From Mobula hypostoma (Eukaryota), in assembly GCF_963921235.1 (NCBI RefSeq), contig NC_086097.1, positions 194,434,001 through 194,498,000 on the forward strand: 64,000 nt of DNA, read 5' to 3'. Made by a program: the position numbers and the translations under genes. The notes beneath the pieces are model-generated. The model ran no database searches, was not told the origin of the DNA, and was given only the letters and a program-made list of their open reading frames with translations. Positions within the stretch are counted from its first letter, which is position 1. Every line of letters starts with the position of its first letter. Positions 1 through 12,429 of the stretch are shown piece after piece.

Positions 1-800
1 ACCATATACTTCCCAAAGCCGAATTTCATCTGCCACCTCTTTGCCAATTCATCTCATCTGTCCAAGTCCTCTATACTTCCTCAAAACTACCTGCCCCTCT
101 ATCTATCTTTGGATCATCTGCAAAAATTGCAACAAAGCCATCAACTCCATTTTCTAAATCATTGACAAACAATGTGAAATGTAGCGGTCCCAACACAGAC
201 CCCTGTGGAACACCTCTAGTCACTGGCAGCCAGCCAGAAAAGGCTCCCCTTATTCCCACATTTTGCCTCCTGCTAATCAGCCACTACTTTATCCATGCGA
301 GTATCTTTCCTGTAATACCATGGGCTCTTAACTTGCGATCTTCTGTTCCTCTAGAACCGTGTAGAATCAATTGATTCTTGAGAGATCATTTCAAATACCT
401 CCACAATCTCTTCAGCTACCTCTTTCAGAACCCTGGTGTGCATACCATCTGGTCTAGGTGATTTGTCTACCTTCAGGCCATTCAGTTTCCTAAGAACCTT
501 CTCCCTAATAATGGCAGCTTTACATGCTTCTGCCCTTTGACACTCTTGAACTTCTGGCATACTACTAGTGTCTTCCATAGTGAAGAACATTGTGAAATAC
601 TTATTCAGTTCATCCGCCATTTCCTTGTCCCCTAATGCTGCCCCTTCAGCATTGTTTTTCAGTAGTCTGATGTCCACTCTCGTCTCTCTTTTACACTTTA
701 AATATCTGAAGAAACTTATAGTGTTCTCTTTAATATTATTAGCTAGCTTACCTTCATATTCCATTTTTTGCTTCTCAATTACTTTTTTAGTTGCCTTCTG
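1..800 (-). mobile_element. CR1 LINE ORF2 (RT) fragments, internally deleted
   Basis: Minus ORFs with GVPQGSVLGP, FADD and DKSPRPDGMHTRVLKEVAEEI, typical CR1 RT motifs. Confidence 0.9.
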
Positions 801-2375
801 TTGGCTTTTAAAAGCTTTCCAATCTTCCCAATATTTTAGATATTCATCTGTTGCTGCAGTTCTGTACCTTTAGGACCACGACCAGCAGAGGGCAGCATAT
901 CCACATGTAAAATAGCAAAACCCCAAAATCTTCACTGGATGAAAAAGGTTTTGAGTCATAAACATTGCAGCAAGTTCGTTTTAGATTTTCTATTTAAAAG
1001 GAATTGTCATATATATGATGGAATACAAAAAAACCCATTACAATAAAATTCTTTAAAGTAATCTTGGTTCGTATTTGAATTTAAATATCATAGAAATATC
1101 ACCCACAACAGCAATATCTCTTGCTTTTCAACATATAAAAAAATCCAATGGAATTTGCTGAGGCATAATTTTAAACAAAGCAAGGAAACAATGTAGAAGA
1201 AGATGATATTAAGAATTAGCTCAAAAGCTTAACCAAGGAAATGTAAGGATGGGATGGCCATTAAACAGCATTTTGTGAAACGTCAGCACAGTCTTCATTC
1301 TGCAGGCTGAGGAACATGGCTCTCAAGTGCAACTGCACAAACTACCTTGCCCATTAGCTGCATAGATTCCAAAATCATAATTTTCTTGTGCAATAATACT
1401 AACATGCAGGTCAACTTCCACGTCCAAATTGGGAGATGCACTGGCAGTCATACTGGAAGTGACAGCACTCTGTGGGAGGATGTGGCCAAGCTATTTTTAA
1501 GTTCCATTGAGGATGCTAATGCAATAAGTAGAGAAGAGTAATAATGTTCTGTTCTCAAAGGTCACCCAGAAAGCCATCTAATCTCATGTTGAAAAGTTTG
1601 AAGGAGTAGGATAGCCATGAAGGTTACTGCTCGGAATAAGGATAAGAGAATAATACTGAAGGAATGAAATCCCTTATTGTTCCAGTGCATGATGGAGAAA
1701 GCTGTATTCTAGGTAAATTCTCATCTCTGTTTGATTGTCACTGCCAGAAGAAAACGTAATGTGGCTAGGACTTTCAACAGAGAGCCTGTGGTTCCTCCTT
1801 TTTATAACAAGAGATGGCAAACTGTGTTGCAACTAACTCCAGCCTGGCAGGAGATTAAAACATAAAAGCTGTTTGCCTTTGTCAACATTATAGAAACTGC
1901 CATTACAATCCTTGTTGTGCTCTGAGGGTGGATTTAAAAATGCAGGATGTGTTAGAATCCAGTGACTCCTTTATTGAATTACTGAAGCACAGACAATTCA
2001 TAGAATTGTTCCTAGAGCAGAAATTCCACTGGGTGAATTGCGCCAGTAAAACTTGGGCAGATATGATTCCTTTTCTGAGTGTCCACAACCATTTTTTTCT
2101 TCCCACTGCTGGAAAGTCGAGTTTATCTGTGTGCTTGCCGCTTATTCTCCCTATCATGCTCTGTTAAGATGAATGCCTACCAATGTACTTATGTCAGTCA
2201 GCAAGTAACTTAAAGTCAGCTAAATCTCTCTTCTTCAGATTCCTATATTTTTTTCAACAAGTATAAAAGTAACCAAAAAGTTTTATAGAAGTAATAATGA
2301 CTGAAAGACTAATCTACAGATAATTTTTAATGCATTTAAGCAGTAATGTTAGTGGGACTCCCCCCAGTTGCTTAC

Positions 2376-2624
2376 TGTTGTGTATTTAATACTTCAGTAA
2401 TACTTGAGTTATATTGTAAATATGTTGTTTGATTAAGCATTCTTTGCTGTTTAAATACTTCGTTACAGGTTATATGTAAAAGTATGTGCATGGCATACGT
2501 TATCACACCACCACGTCTTAGGTGTACGTCTCACTAAAAGTAAAACTTAGAACAAATACACGTTATTCCCAGCTCCTTGATTTTATTTCATTTCAGTTTA
2601 TGTTTGGATTTACAACATGTAACA
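2376..2624 (+). mobile_element. Putative 5' LTR of a Ty3/Gypsy element
   Basis: TGTT...AACA termini, followed by PBS-like GTGGTGAC and then a gag remnant. Confidence 0.6.
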
Positions 2625-2834
2625 GTGGTGACTATGAATTTTTAAAACAAGCCTGAGACGACCACCTATTTGTTGAAATGCAGTGAGTCGTTTGAGTTAA
2701 ATAAAAGTGCAGCATGAAACAGTTGAGTAAAAAACAACAGCATAGACATGGTTAACTAACAAAAAAAAAGCAAACCCATGGGTTCGTAAATAATGAGCAC
2801 TGGGTGATAATAATAAATTTTAAAAAAAGAGCAG

Positions 2835-4054
2835 AGGTAGGTGGCTACATTGGAAAGATAGACACATTGCACAACACAACAGATAACTGACTTCTGTATA
2901 TTGAACGAATTTGAAGGAAATGAAATAGCCTTTGACAAGTGAGTGCCAATTTCACTCAGTGCATTGGATTTAAAGACATACAGTTTGCTTAGAAGTCTAA
3001 CTGCTCCAACCAAACCAGTTGAAATGAACTTTGCTGATGTCATGAAAGTAATGCAGGAACATTTAGAACCGAACTCATTGTTGAGTATGAATTGCTTTAG
3101 GTTTCATAAGTGGAATCAAAAAGAAGGGGAGTCCATTTCAATGTACGTGGCTGAATTGGAGAAATTGAGCATTATCAGTTTGGCAATAGACTTAATGATA
3201 CACTGAGAGATCACTTAGTTTGTGCAATCTTACAAGAAAGCGTTTGAAAATGGCTCCTAACTGAAGTACGATTTAAGTTTAAAAGGGCTTTTGAAATCGC
3301 TGCATCAATGAAAACAGCAGACAGAGATACCATTGTGTTGCAGTCCGGAAAGAAAGTGAGTGTGAACAAAATTGTAGCATCTAAGTAGAAACTGGACTGG
3401 CTGAAGATATTGATTACGGTTGCGGCAGGGGTTCACGCACACCAGACCAATGCAATTTTAAAGGTGAAACTTGCAGAAAATGCAATAAAGTAAGACACAT
3501 ACAAAGAGCATGTTGGGCAGACAAAAATCAATAGACTGCACAGGGAAGAGAAAAAGATAAAAAGTCATGTTGTAGTTTCCTAAAAGCACTAATCTGCATG
3601 CTGTTGATGAAAAATCTGATTATGATGAGAGTGAGACAGGATTGCGTAGCCTTGAGATTTATACTGTGAAAACTAAAAATAGACAAGTAATGTAGCTTAC
3701 GCCAGAAGTGAGTGGTAAATTACTTAAAATAGAATTGGACACTGACTTGGCTGTTAACAGTTATTCCACAAAATGATTGTAAATGACATTTCAAAGATAC
3801 TAAACTGAAGCCTACATATATTCAGCCAAGAGCTCATACTGGAGAAAAGATAACTCCAATGGGAATGATATTTGTAATAGTGAGACGCAACAACCAACAA
3901 ACCACATTGGGCTTGTATGTGGTAAAAACAATAGGGCCAGTATTGTGGGGCTATGATTGGCCTAAATGACCACAATTTGATTGGAATTCCATCCAATTTA
4001 CATGCCAGATCCCCTGCAATAGAGTCAACTGAAAGTGAACTAGGAAAGGTACTG
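2835..4054 (+). pseudogene. Gypsy gag-protease remnant, truncated by a PLE insertion
   Basis: YSLLRSLTAPTKP...FRFHKWNQKEGESI gag motif; CCHC-like knuckles near 3420-3513 (CGRGSHTPDQC, CRKCNKVRHIQRAC); protease-like ELDT near 3732; stops and frameshifts. Confidence 0.85.
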
Positions 4055-4400
4055 CAAACAAGAGGAATTCTGCAGATGCTGAAAATTCAAGCAACACACT
4101 TTATCAAAGTTGCTGGTGAACGCAGCAGGCTAGGCAGCATCTCTAGGAAGAGGTACAGTTGACTTTTCAGGCCGAGACCCTTCGTCAGGACTAACTGAAG
4201 GAAGAGTTAGTAAGAGATTTGAAAGTGGGAGGGGGAGGGGGAGATCCAAAAAGATAGGAGAAGACAGGAGGGGGAGGGATGGAGCCAAGAGCTGGACAGG
4301 TGATTGGCAAAGGGGACATGAGAGGATCATGGGACAGGAGGCCTAGGGAGAAGGAAAAGGGGGGGGGAACCCAGAGGATGGGCAAGGGGTCTAGTCAGAG
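4055..4400 (-). mobile_element. Penelope-like element 3' terminal segment (pLTR)
   Basis: Reverse complement closely matches 9830-10156, which follows a GIY-YIG coding end. Confidence 0.85.
4157..4192 (-). ncRNA. Minimal hammerhead ribozyme motif (slightly decayed)
   Basis: Minus strand reads AGTC-CTGACGA-AGGGTCTCGGCCT-GAAA-AGTC-AACT. Confidence 0.65.
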
Positions 4401-4404
4401 GGAT

Positions 4405-4700
4405 CCTCTAACTTTCCAGAAGACCTTTGACAAGGTGCCATACATGAGATTGCTTTACAAGTTAAGAGCCCATGGTATTACAGGAAAGATACTAGCATGG
4501 ATAGAGCATTGGTTGATCGGCAGGTGGCAAACAGTGGGAATAAAGGGAGCCTTTTCTGATTGGCTGCCAGTGATTAGTTGAGTTTCACATGGGTCTGTGT
4601 TTGGAGCATTTCTGTTTACCTTATTTGTCAATGATCTGGATGACTGAATTGATGGCTTTGTGGCCAAGTTTGTGGATGTTACAAAAATTGAGGGAAGGAC
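4405..4700 (+). mobile_element. CR1 RT fragment
   Basis: FQKTFDKVPYMRLLYKLRAHGITGKILAWIEHWL. Confidence 0.85.
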
Positions 4701-5575
4701 ACATAGTGGTGATACTGTTTTGGGTACTGTTGGGGGAGATGTCTCATCAGGGGAAGGCAGCAGCAGCCGAGTTCATGGCACCATGGGTGGCTCTGTAGCA
4801 CAGGAGGGAAGGAAAAGGAGTGGGAGAGCAATAATGATAGGGGATTCGATTGTAACGGGAATAGATAGGCGTTTCTGTGGCCGCAAATGAGACTCCAGGA
4901 GGGTATGTTGCCTCCCTGGTGCAAGGGTCAAGGATGTCTCTGAGTGGCTGCAGGATATTCTGGAATGGGAGGGTGAACAGCCAGTGGTTGTGGTGCACTT
5001 AGGTACCAACGATATAGGTAAAAAACGGGATGAGGTCCTACAAGGTGAATTTAAGGAGTTAGAAGATAAACTAAAAAGTAGGACCACAAAGATAATAATC
5101 TCTGTATTACTACCAGTGCCACGTGCCAGTCACAGTAGAAATAGGAGGATATATCAGATGAATATGTGGCTTAAAAAATGGTGCAAGGGGGAGGGATTCA
5201 AATTTCTGGGGCATTGGAACCAGTTCTAGAAGAGGTGGGACCGGTACAAACAGGACGGTCTGCACCTGGGCTGGACTGGAACTGATGCCCTAGGGGGAGC
5301 ATTTGCTGCTGTTGTTCAGGAGGATATAAACTAATGTGGCAGGGGGATGGGAACAAGTGCAGAGAGACAGAGGGGTGTAAAATGAGGGTAGAAACAAAAA
5401 GTAGTAAGGTGAAAAGTAAAAGTGGTAGGCAGGCAAATCCAGGGCAAAAACCAAAAAGGGCCACTTTTCAACATAATTGTATAAGGGCTAAGAGTGTTGT
5501 AAAAGCAAGCCTGAAGACTTTGTGTGTCAATGCAAGGAGCATTCGTAACAAGGTGGATGAATTGAATGTGCAGAT
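4700..5575 (+). mobile_element. CR1 ORF1 SGNH esterase remnant plus start of ORF2 endonuclease
   Basis: IGDSIV, HLGTNDIG and DGLHL blocks; then CVNARSIRNKVDEL. Confidence 0.85.
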
Positions 5576-5643
5576 AGTACCCTTTCCAATGCTTCCACAT
5601 CCTTCCTATTGTGAGGTGACCAGAACTGAACACAGTACTCCAA

Positions 5644-5985
5644 CTTCTTTCTCTCACTCTCCTTTTTCTCCCACTGTCCCTCTGAATATACCTCTTGCCC
5701 ATCCTCTGGGTCACCCCCCCCCCGTCTTTCTTCCCGGACCTCCTGTCCCATGATCCTCTCGTATCCCCTTCTGCCTATCACCTGTCCAGCTCTCGGCTCC
5801 ATCCCTCCCCCTCCTGTCTTCTCCTATCATTTTGCATCTCCCCCTCCCCCTCCAGCTTTCAAATCCCTTACTCACTCTTCCTTCAGTTAGTCCTGACGAA
5901 GGGTCTCGGCCTGAAACGTCGACTGCGCTTCTTCCTATAGATGCTGCCTGGCCTGCTGCGTTCACCAGCAACTTTGATGTATGTT
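5644..5985 (+). mobile_element. PLE 3' fragment inserted in CR1 with 12-bp TSD
   Basis: ACAGTACTCCAA at 5632-5643 and 5986-5997; sequence matches the other PLE termini. Confidence 0.9.
5889..5924 (+). ncRNA. Minimal type-I hammerhead ribozyme, intact core
   Basis: AGTC-CTGACGA-AGGGTCTCGGCCT-GAAA-C-GTC^GACT; helix I AGTC/GACT; predicted cleavage after 5920. Confidence 0.8.
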
Positions 5986-8322
5986 ACAGTACTCCAAGTG
6001 TAGCCTAACCAGAGTTTTATAGAGCTGCATTATTACATCGCGACTCTTAAACTCTATCCCTCGACTTATGAAAGCTAACTCCCCATAAGCTTTCTTAACT
6101 ACCCTATCCACCTGTGAGGCAACTTTCGGGGATCTGTGGACATGTACCCTGAGATCCCTCTGCCCCTCCACAATAGCAAGTATCCTGCCATTTACTTTGT
6201 ACTCTGCCTTGGAGTTTGTCCTTTCAAAGTGTACCATCTCACACTTCTGTGGGTTGAACTCCATCTGCCACTTCTCAGCCCACTCCTGCATCCTATCAAT
6301 GTCTCTCTGTAATCCTTGACAATCCTCTATACTATCTACAACACCACCAACCTTTGTGTCATCTGCAAACTTGCCAACCCACTCTTCTACCCCCACATCC
6401 AGGTCGTTAATAAAAATCACGAAAAGTAGAGGTCCCAGAACAGATCCTTGTGGGACACCACTAGTTACAATCCTCCAATCTGAATGTACTCTCTCCACCA
6501 CCAACCTCTGCCTTCTGCAGACAAGCCAATTCTGAATCCACCTGGCCAAACTTCCCTGGATCCCATGCCTTCTAACTTTCTGAATAAGCCTACCGTGTGG
6601 AACCTTGTCAAATGCCTTACTAAAATCCATATAGATCACATCCACTGCATTACCCTCATCTATATGCCTGGTCACCTCCTCAAAGAACTCTATCAGGCTT
6701 GTTAGACACGATCTGCCCTTCACAAAGCCATGCTGACTGTCCCTGATCAGACCATGATTCTCTAAATGCCTATAGATGCTATCTCTAAGAATCTTTTCCA
6801 ACAGCTTTCCCACCACAGACGTAAGGCTCACTGGTCTATAATTACCCGGACTATCCCTACTACCTTTTTTGAACAAGGGGACAACATTCGCCTCCCTCCA
6901 ATCCTCTGGTACCATTCCCGTGGACAACGAGGATGTAAAGATCCTAGCCAGAGGCTCAGCAATCTCTTCTCTTGCCTCGTGGTGCAGCCTGGGGAATATT
7001 CCGTCAGGCCCCGGGGACTTATCTGTCCTAATGTATTTTAACAACTCCAACACCTCCTCTCCCTTAATATCAATATGCTCCAGAACACCAACCTCACTCA
7101 TATTGTCCTCACCATCATCAAGCTCCCTGTCATTGGTGAATACCGAAGAGAAGTATTCATTGAGGACCTCACTCACTTCCACAGTCTCCAGGCACATCTT
7201 CCCACCTTTATCTCTAATCAGTCCTACCTTCACTCCTGTCATCTTTGTTTCTTCACATAATTGAAGAATGCCTTGGGGTTTTCCGTTACCCTACTCACCA
7301 AGGCCTTCTCATGCCCCCTTCTTGCTCTTCTCTGCCCCTTCTTAAGCTCCTTTCTTGCTTCCCTATATTCCTCAATAGACCCATCTGATCCTTGCTTCCT
7401 AAACCTCATGTAAACCTCATGTCTTCCACCTGACTGGATTTTCCACCTCAATTGTCACCCATGGTTCCTTCACCCTACCATTCTTTATCTTCCTCACTGG
7501 GCCAAATTTATCCCTAATATCCTGCAAGAGATCTCTAAACATCGACCACATGTCCATAGTACATTTCCCTGGAAAAACATCATCCCAATTCACACCCGCA
7601 AGTTCTAGCCTTATAGCCTCATAATTTGCCTTTCCCCAATTAAAAAGTTTCCTGTCCTCTCTGATTCTATCCTTTTCCATGCTAATGCTAAAGGCCAGGG
7701 AGCGGTGGTCACTGTCCCCCAGATGCTCACCCACTGAGAGATCTGTGACCTGACCCGGTTCATTACCTAGTACTAGATCTAGTATGGCATTCCCCCTGGT
7801 CGGCCTGTCCACATACTGTGACAGGAATCCATCCTGGATACACTTAACAAACTCTGCCCCATCTAAACCCTTGGAACTAATCTGGTGCCAATCAATATTT
7901 GGGAAGTTAAAGTCACCCATGTTAACAACCCTGTTATTTTTGCACCTTTCCAAAATCTGCCTCCCAATCTGCTCCTCTGTATCTCTGCTGCTACCAGGGG
8001 GCCTATAGAATACCCCCAGTAGAGTAACTGCTCCCTTCCTGTTCCTGACTTCCACCCATACTGACTCAAAAGAGGATCCTGCTACATTACCCACCCTTTC
8101 TGTAGCTGTAATAGTATCCCTGACCAGTAATGCCACCCCTCCTCCCCTTTTTCTGCCCTCTCTATCCCTTTTAAGGCACTGAGATCCAGGAATATTGAGA
8201 ATCCATTCCTGCCCTGGTCCCAGCGAAGTCCCTGTAATGGCCACTACATCATAATTCCATGTATGTATCCAAGCTCTCAGTTCATCACCTTTGTTCCTGA
8301 TGCTTTTTGCATTGAGGTACAC
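5986..8322 (-). pseudogene. CR1 ORF2 (APE endonuclease + RT), frameshifted
   Basis: YLNAKSIRNK, GDFNFP, LGDSDH, NYRPVSLTSVVGK, DFSKAFDKVPH, FADD across three frames. Confidence 0.95.
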
Positions 8323-8463
8323 ACATTTCAGCCCTTCTACCTTACTGTCTTTACACCATTTATTCTGCTTCTTTCCTCAAAGCCTCTCTGTATGTTAGAT
8401 CTGGCTTTTCTCCATGCACTTCTTTCACTTCTCTATCGCTCTGGGTCCCAACCCCCTCGCAAA

Positions 8464-9312
8464 TTAGTTTGAACCCTCCCGAACCATGCTAGCAAACCTA
8501 CCTGCAAGGATATTCCTCCCCCTCGAGTTCAGGTGCAGGCCATCCAATCTGTACAGGTCCCACCTTCCCCAGAAGAGATCCCAATGATCTAAAAATCTAA
8601 AACCTTGCTCCCTGCACCAACTCCCCAGCCACGCATTCAACTGCCATCTCCTCCAATTCTTACAATCACTGTCGCGTAGCACTGGCAGCAATCCTGAGAA
8701 CGTCACCCTTGAGGTCCTGTTCTTCAGCCTTCTGCCTAGTTCCTGAAACTCACACTTCAGGACCTCATCCCTCTTCCTGCCTATGTCGTTGGTCCCAACA
8801 GGTATCACGACTTCTGGTTGCTTTCCCTCTCGTATCAAGATGTCATGCACCCGGTCAGAGACATCCCGGACCCTGACACCCGGGAGGCAACAAACCTTGC
8901 GGGTGTCCTTCTCACGTCCACAAAATCTCCTGTCTGCTCCCCTGACTATAGAGTCCCCAATGACGACAGCTCTCCTCTTCTCTGTCCCACCCTTCTGCAC
9001 CACAGGGTCAGACTCAGTGCCAGAGGTCCTGCCACCGTGGCTCACACCTGGTTGGTCATCCCCGCCAACAGTATCCAGGACGGTAAACTTATTATTCAGG
9101 GGAATGGCTCCAGGAGTGCTCTGCACTACCTGCCCCCTCTGACTGTCACCCAACGACCTGCTTCCAACAGCCTAGGTGTGACTACCTCCCTGTAGCTCTC
9201 ATCTATGACTGCCTCATTCTCCCTTACGAGTCGAAGGTCATCAAGCTGCTGCTCCAGATTCCTTACATGGTCTTCCAGATCGCCCAGCCGTATGCACTTC
9301 TGGCAGATGTGA
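8464..9312 (-). pseudogene. CR1 ORF1 (Cys/His motif, coiled coil, SGNH/GDSL esterase)
   Basis: HICQKC...LEQQLDDL upstream; IGDSIVRG, VGTNDIG, DGLHLN. Confidence 0.9.
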
Positions 9313-10156
9313 CGCAGTATATCACCCCAGTCGACTCACAGGTGAAGTGTTGCCTCACCTGGAAGGATTGTTTGGGGCCCTGAATGGTGGTAAAGGAGGA
9401 AGTGTAAGGGCATGTGTAGCACTTCTTCCGCTTACACGGATAAGTCCGGTGGTCCCGATGTGGCCTTTTATATATTGGCGAGACCCGACGCAGACTGGGA
9501 GACCGTTTTGCTGAACATCTACGCTTTGTCTGCCAGAGAAAGCAGGATCTCCCAGTGGCCACACATTTTAATTCCACATCCCATTCCCATTCTGACATGT
9601 CTATCCACGGCCTCCTCTACTGTAAAGATGAAGCCACACTCAGGTTGGAGGAATCACACCTTATATTCCGACTGGGTAGCCTCCAACCTGATGGCATGAA
9701 CATCGACTTCTCTAACTTCCGCTAAGGCCCTACCTCCCCCTCGTACCCCATCTGTTACTTATTTTTATGCACACATTCTTTCTCTCACTCTCCTTTTTCT
9801 CCCTCTGTCCCTCTGAATATACCTCTTGCCCATCCTCTGGGTTCCCCCCCCCCCGTGTCTTTCTTCCCGGACCTCCCGTCCCATGATCCTCTCGTATCCC
9901 CTTTTGCCTATCACCTGTCCAGCTCTTGGCTCCATCCCTCCCCCTCCTGTCTTCTCCTATCATTTTGGATCTCCCCCTCCCCCTCCAACTTTCAAATCCC
10001 TTACTCACTCTTCCTTCAGTTAGTCCTGACGAAGGGTCTCGGCCTGAAATGTCGACTGCACCTCTTCCTACAGATGCTGCCTGGCCTGCTGCGTTCACCA
10101 GCAACTTTGATGTGTGTTGCTTGAATTTCCAGCATCTGCAGAATTCCTGTTGTTTA
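9311..10156 (+). mobile_element. PLE 3' part (GIY-YIG end + pLTR) with inverted 5' segment
   Basis: CGLLYIGETRRRLGDRFAEH; 9311-9445 is the reverse complement of the adjacent upstream PLE sequence (compare 44958-45090). Confidence 0.9.
10022..10057 (+). ncRNA. Minimal hammerhead ribozyme motif
   Basis: AGTC-CTGACGA-AGGGTCTCGGCCT-GAAA-T-GTC^GACT. Confidence 0.75.
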
Positions 10157-11380
10157 CACTTACTATTATGTTCAATTTGTATGTAGAGCCAAGGTAGGAA
10201 TGCGAATCCCTAATTTGGCAATGATTCTGATAATTCTGTCAGAATAAGACATCGCATTTGTAAAGATTTATATCTTTAAGACCAGTGAGGTTGCTCACTA
10301 CTTGATGTCATTTATCCCATTAAAAGCTTGCTGTTCATGCTATTTAAAAAAATTTGATCTGCTCACTATTCTCTTCTGAATACTATCAGTGTGAACCATT
10401 ATGCAATGGGCATTTTGTTTAATTTTAGTCCACAATTTGGATTTTCCTTGTGTAGGTTTCCTCAGCAAAGACCTGCAAAGGAACAGGCATTTTGCTAAAA
10501 TCTTCTGAATTCTGGATTTAATTCTATATGTGTGGGTGCTGGAAGTTGCTGTCAATTTCAGCTGGTATAACAGCATGTGCTGACTACCTCATTGTTATTC
10601 ATACAGAAAAATCTGGACTATTATATACACCAAGTCAGTGATTTATTAATGCTTAATAACTAATTAAAGTAAAAGAGCGGTATCTATTTAACCCAAGTCA
10701 CCCTTGTAGGGTGATTTCTTGAGTCATAGCGTTAATGAACTTCGGATAGTTATATTGAAATAAATATATTCAATTAGTGCACCAGTGGTAACAAAATCTA
10801 GGAGTTTAATTTTCTGCCTGGTCCTTTAAAAGAGTCAATCAGAATTCTTCAAGACTAGGTTATATGAAATAGCCATTTAAAGGGAATATGCTGCTTTATT
10901 GACATATTCAAATTAATATTAATTGAGATAGCCTACAGTTATAAGTCTAAGGGTAATAAAATCAAAGCTAATATGAAAGTGAAGGATATTATATCTTCTA
11001 GATTGTAGAAGTAGTTTCTACAGTCAAATAATTCCACAAATCAAAGGCATCTTCTTTGTCATTAAATGGAAATTATTATGTAGAGAAGGCTTATGCTTCT
11101 TTGAAAAATTGAACTAAACCATCCCAAAATGTCACCAAATGTCTGAAAATTGATTGATGGTTTTGAATCAGTAGCCATGAAAATATAAAATAATTTTACT
11201 AAGCAAAATAAGATCTGGAAGTGTCAAATAATCTGTGCAGTATTTCTACATCAGAACATGTGTTTCACAAATGATTCTGCAGAAACATCTTTCAGTTCCT
11301 TCACATCCATTCTTTACATCATTAGTATTCAGAGGAAAGTAGTAAGTAGATACAGGAGGACAATACAACCTAGAGAAAGG

Positions 11381-11828
11381 AACACAAAGGATTCTGAAGA
11401 TACTGTAAATCTTAAGCAACAAGCACAAAATACTGGAGGAACTCAACAATTCAGGCAGCATCATGTAGGGGAATAAACAGTTGATGTTTTAGGCCAAGAC
11501 CCTTCAACAAGACTGGAAAGGGGGCAGAAGCCAGATGAAGAATGGAAAGGAGTACAAGTTGGCAGGTGACAGGTGAAACCAGGTTGAGGGGGAAGGAGGG
11601 TGGATGAAGTAAAAAGCTAGGAAGTGATTGGAAGAAGAAGTAAGGGGCTGAAGAAGAAAGAATCTGATAGGAGAGGAGAATGGATCATGAGAGAAAGGGA
11701 AGGAGCAGAACCAGAGAGAGGTGATGGGCAGGTGAAGAAAAAAGAAAGGGTGAGAGGGGAGAACTAAACTGGGAGATGGATAAAGAGAGAGGGGAGAACT
11801 AACCGGAAATTAGAGAAATCAATGTTCT
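11381..11828 (-). mobile_element. Older PLE 3' terminal segment with decayed hammerhead (11478-11516)
   Basis: Diverged similarity to the other PLE termini. Confidence 0.7.
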
Positions 11829-12429
11829 GCATAGAGGATGTAGCATTCTAACAATTAAAATAACACTGTAGGACTAAAACTTTTTATCAACTGATAGATC
11901 ACTAACCCCATCTTTAGGATATACTGTAACAGGTGGATGATTTTGGTGCTAGGCAGAGGAAAGACCACTGTTAATAAATAATTATTGGCAAATCTGTCTT
12001 CAGCACCATTTCAGATTATGCTGGGCAAAGGCTTGCACCTATTCTATTAATCTATTGGAAATGTCTACAAAGATACAGAACATTGAAATGCTCAGCACAG
12101 GTTCTTTCTGTGCCAAAGTAATACCTCTAGAAATAATAGACAGGAGAAATAGATCCCCCAGTTTATCTGCTCAATATACCTTAAGTAATCATAATGTTAG
12201 TGATTTCCTTCATTTATACCACTAGTTGCATTTTACCATCAACAAAATAAAATACTTGTTATAGCAAGTTTCGATACACAGATGCCACACAAAGGTGAGG
12301 ATGGGGAACATGTTGAGTGCCAGTTTTAGGGATTATATAACTGATTCTTCTGCCTGTATTTAGACTCTATGTTATGTCTGCCTCTGAAGGCTTTGTTTAT
12401 TGACATAACTGAAATGGAGGCTGAGGGCC

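Larger units (their letters stand above)
5576..9312 (-). mobile_element. Large CR1 LINE (ORF1 + ORF2), truncated at both ends and interrupted by a PLE fragment
   Basis: ORF1 and ORF2 in order; RT continues across the PLE insertion (RLHLEYC|VQFWSPHNRKDVEALERV). Confidence 0.95.

Noticed and set aside
1860..2170. Overlapping short ORFs, with a faint tyrosine-recombinase-like phrase (NPCCALRVDL)
   Set aside because: No further motifs and no convincing splice context
8464..9153. SGNH esterase as a captured host or bacterial gene
   Set aside because: Established component of CR1 ORF1; a second copy lies at 4700-5330
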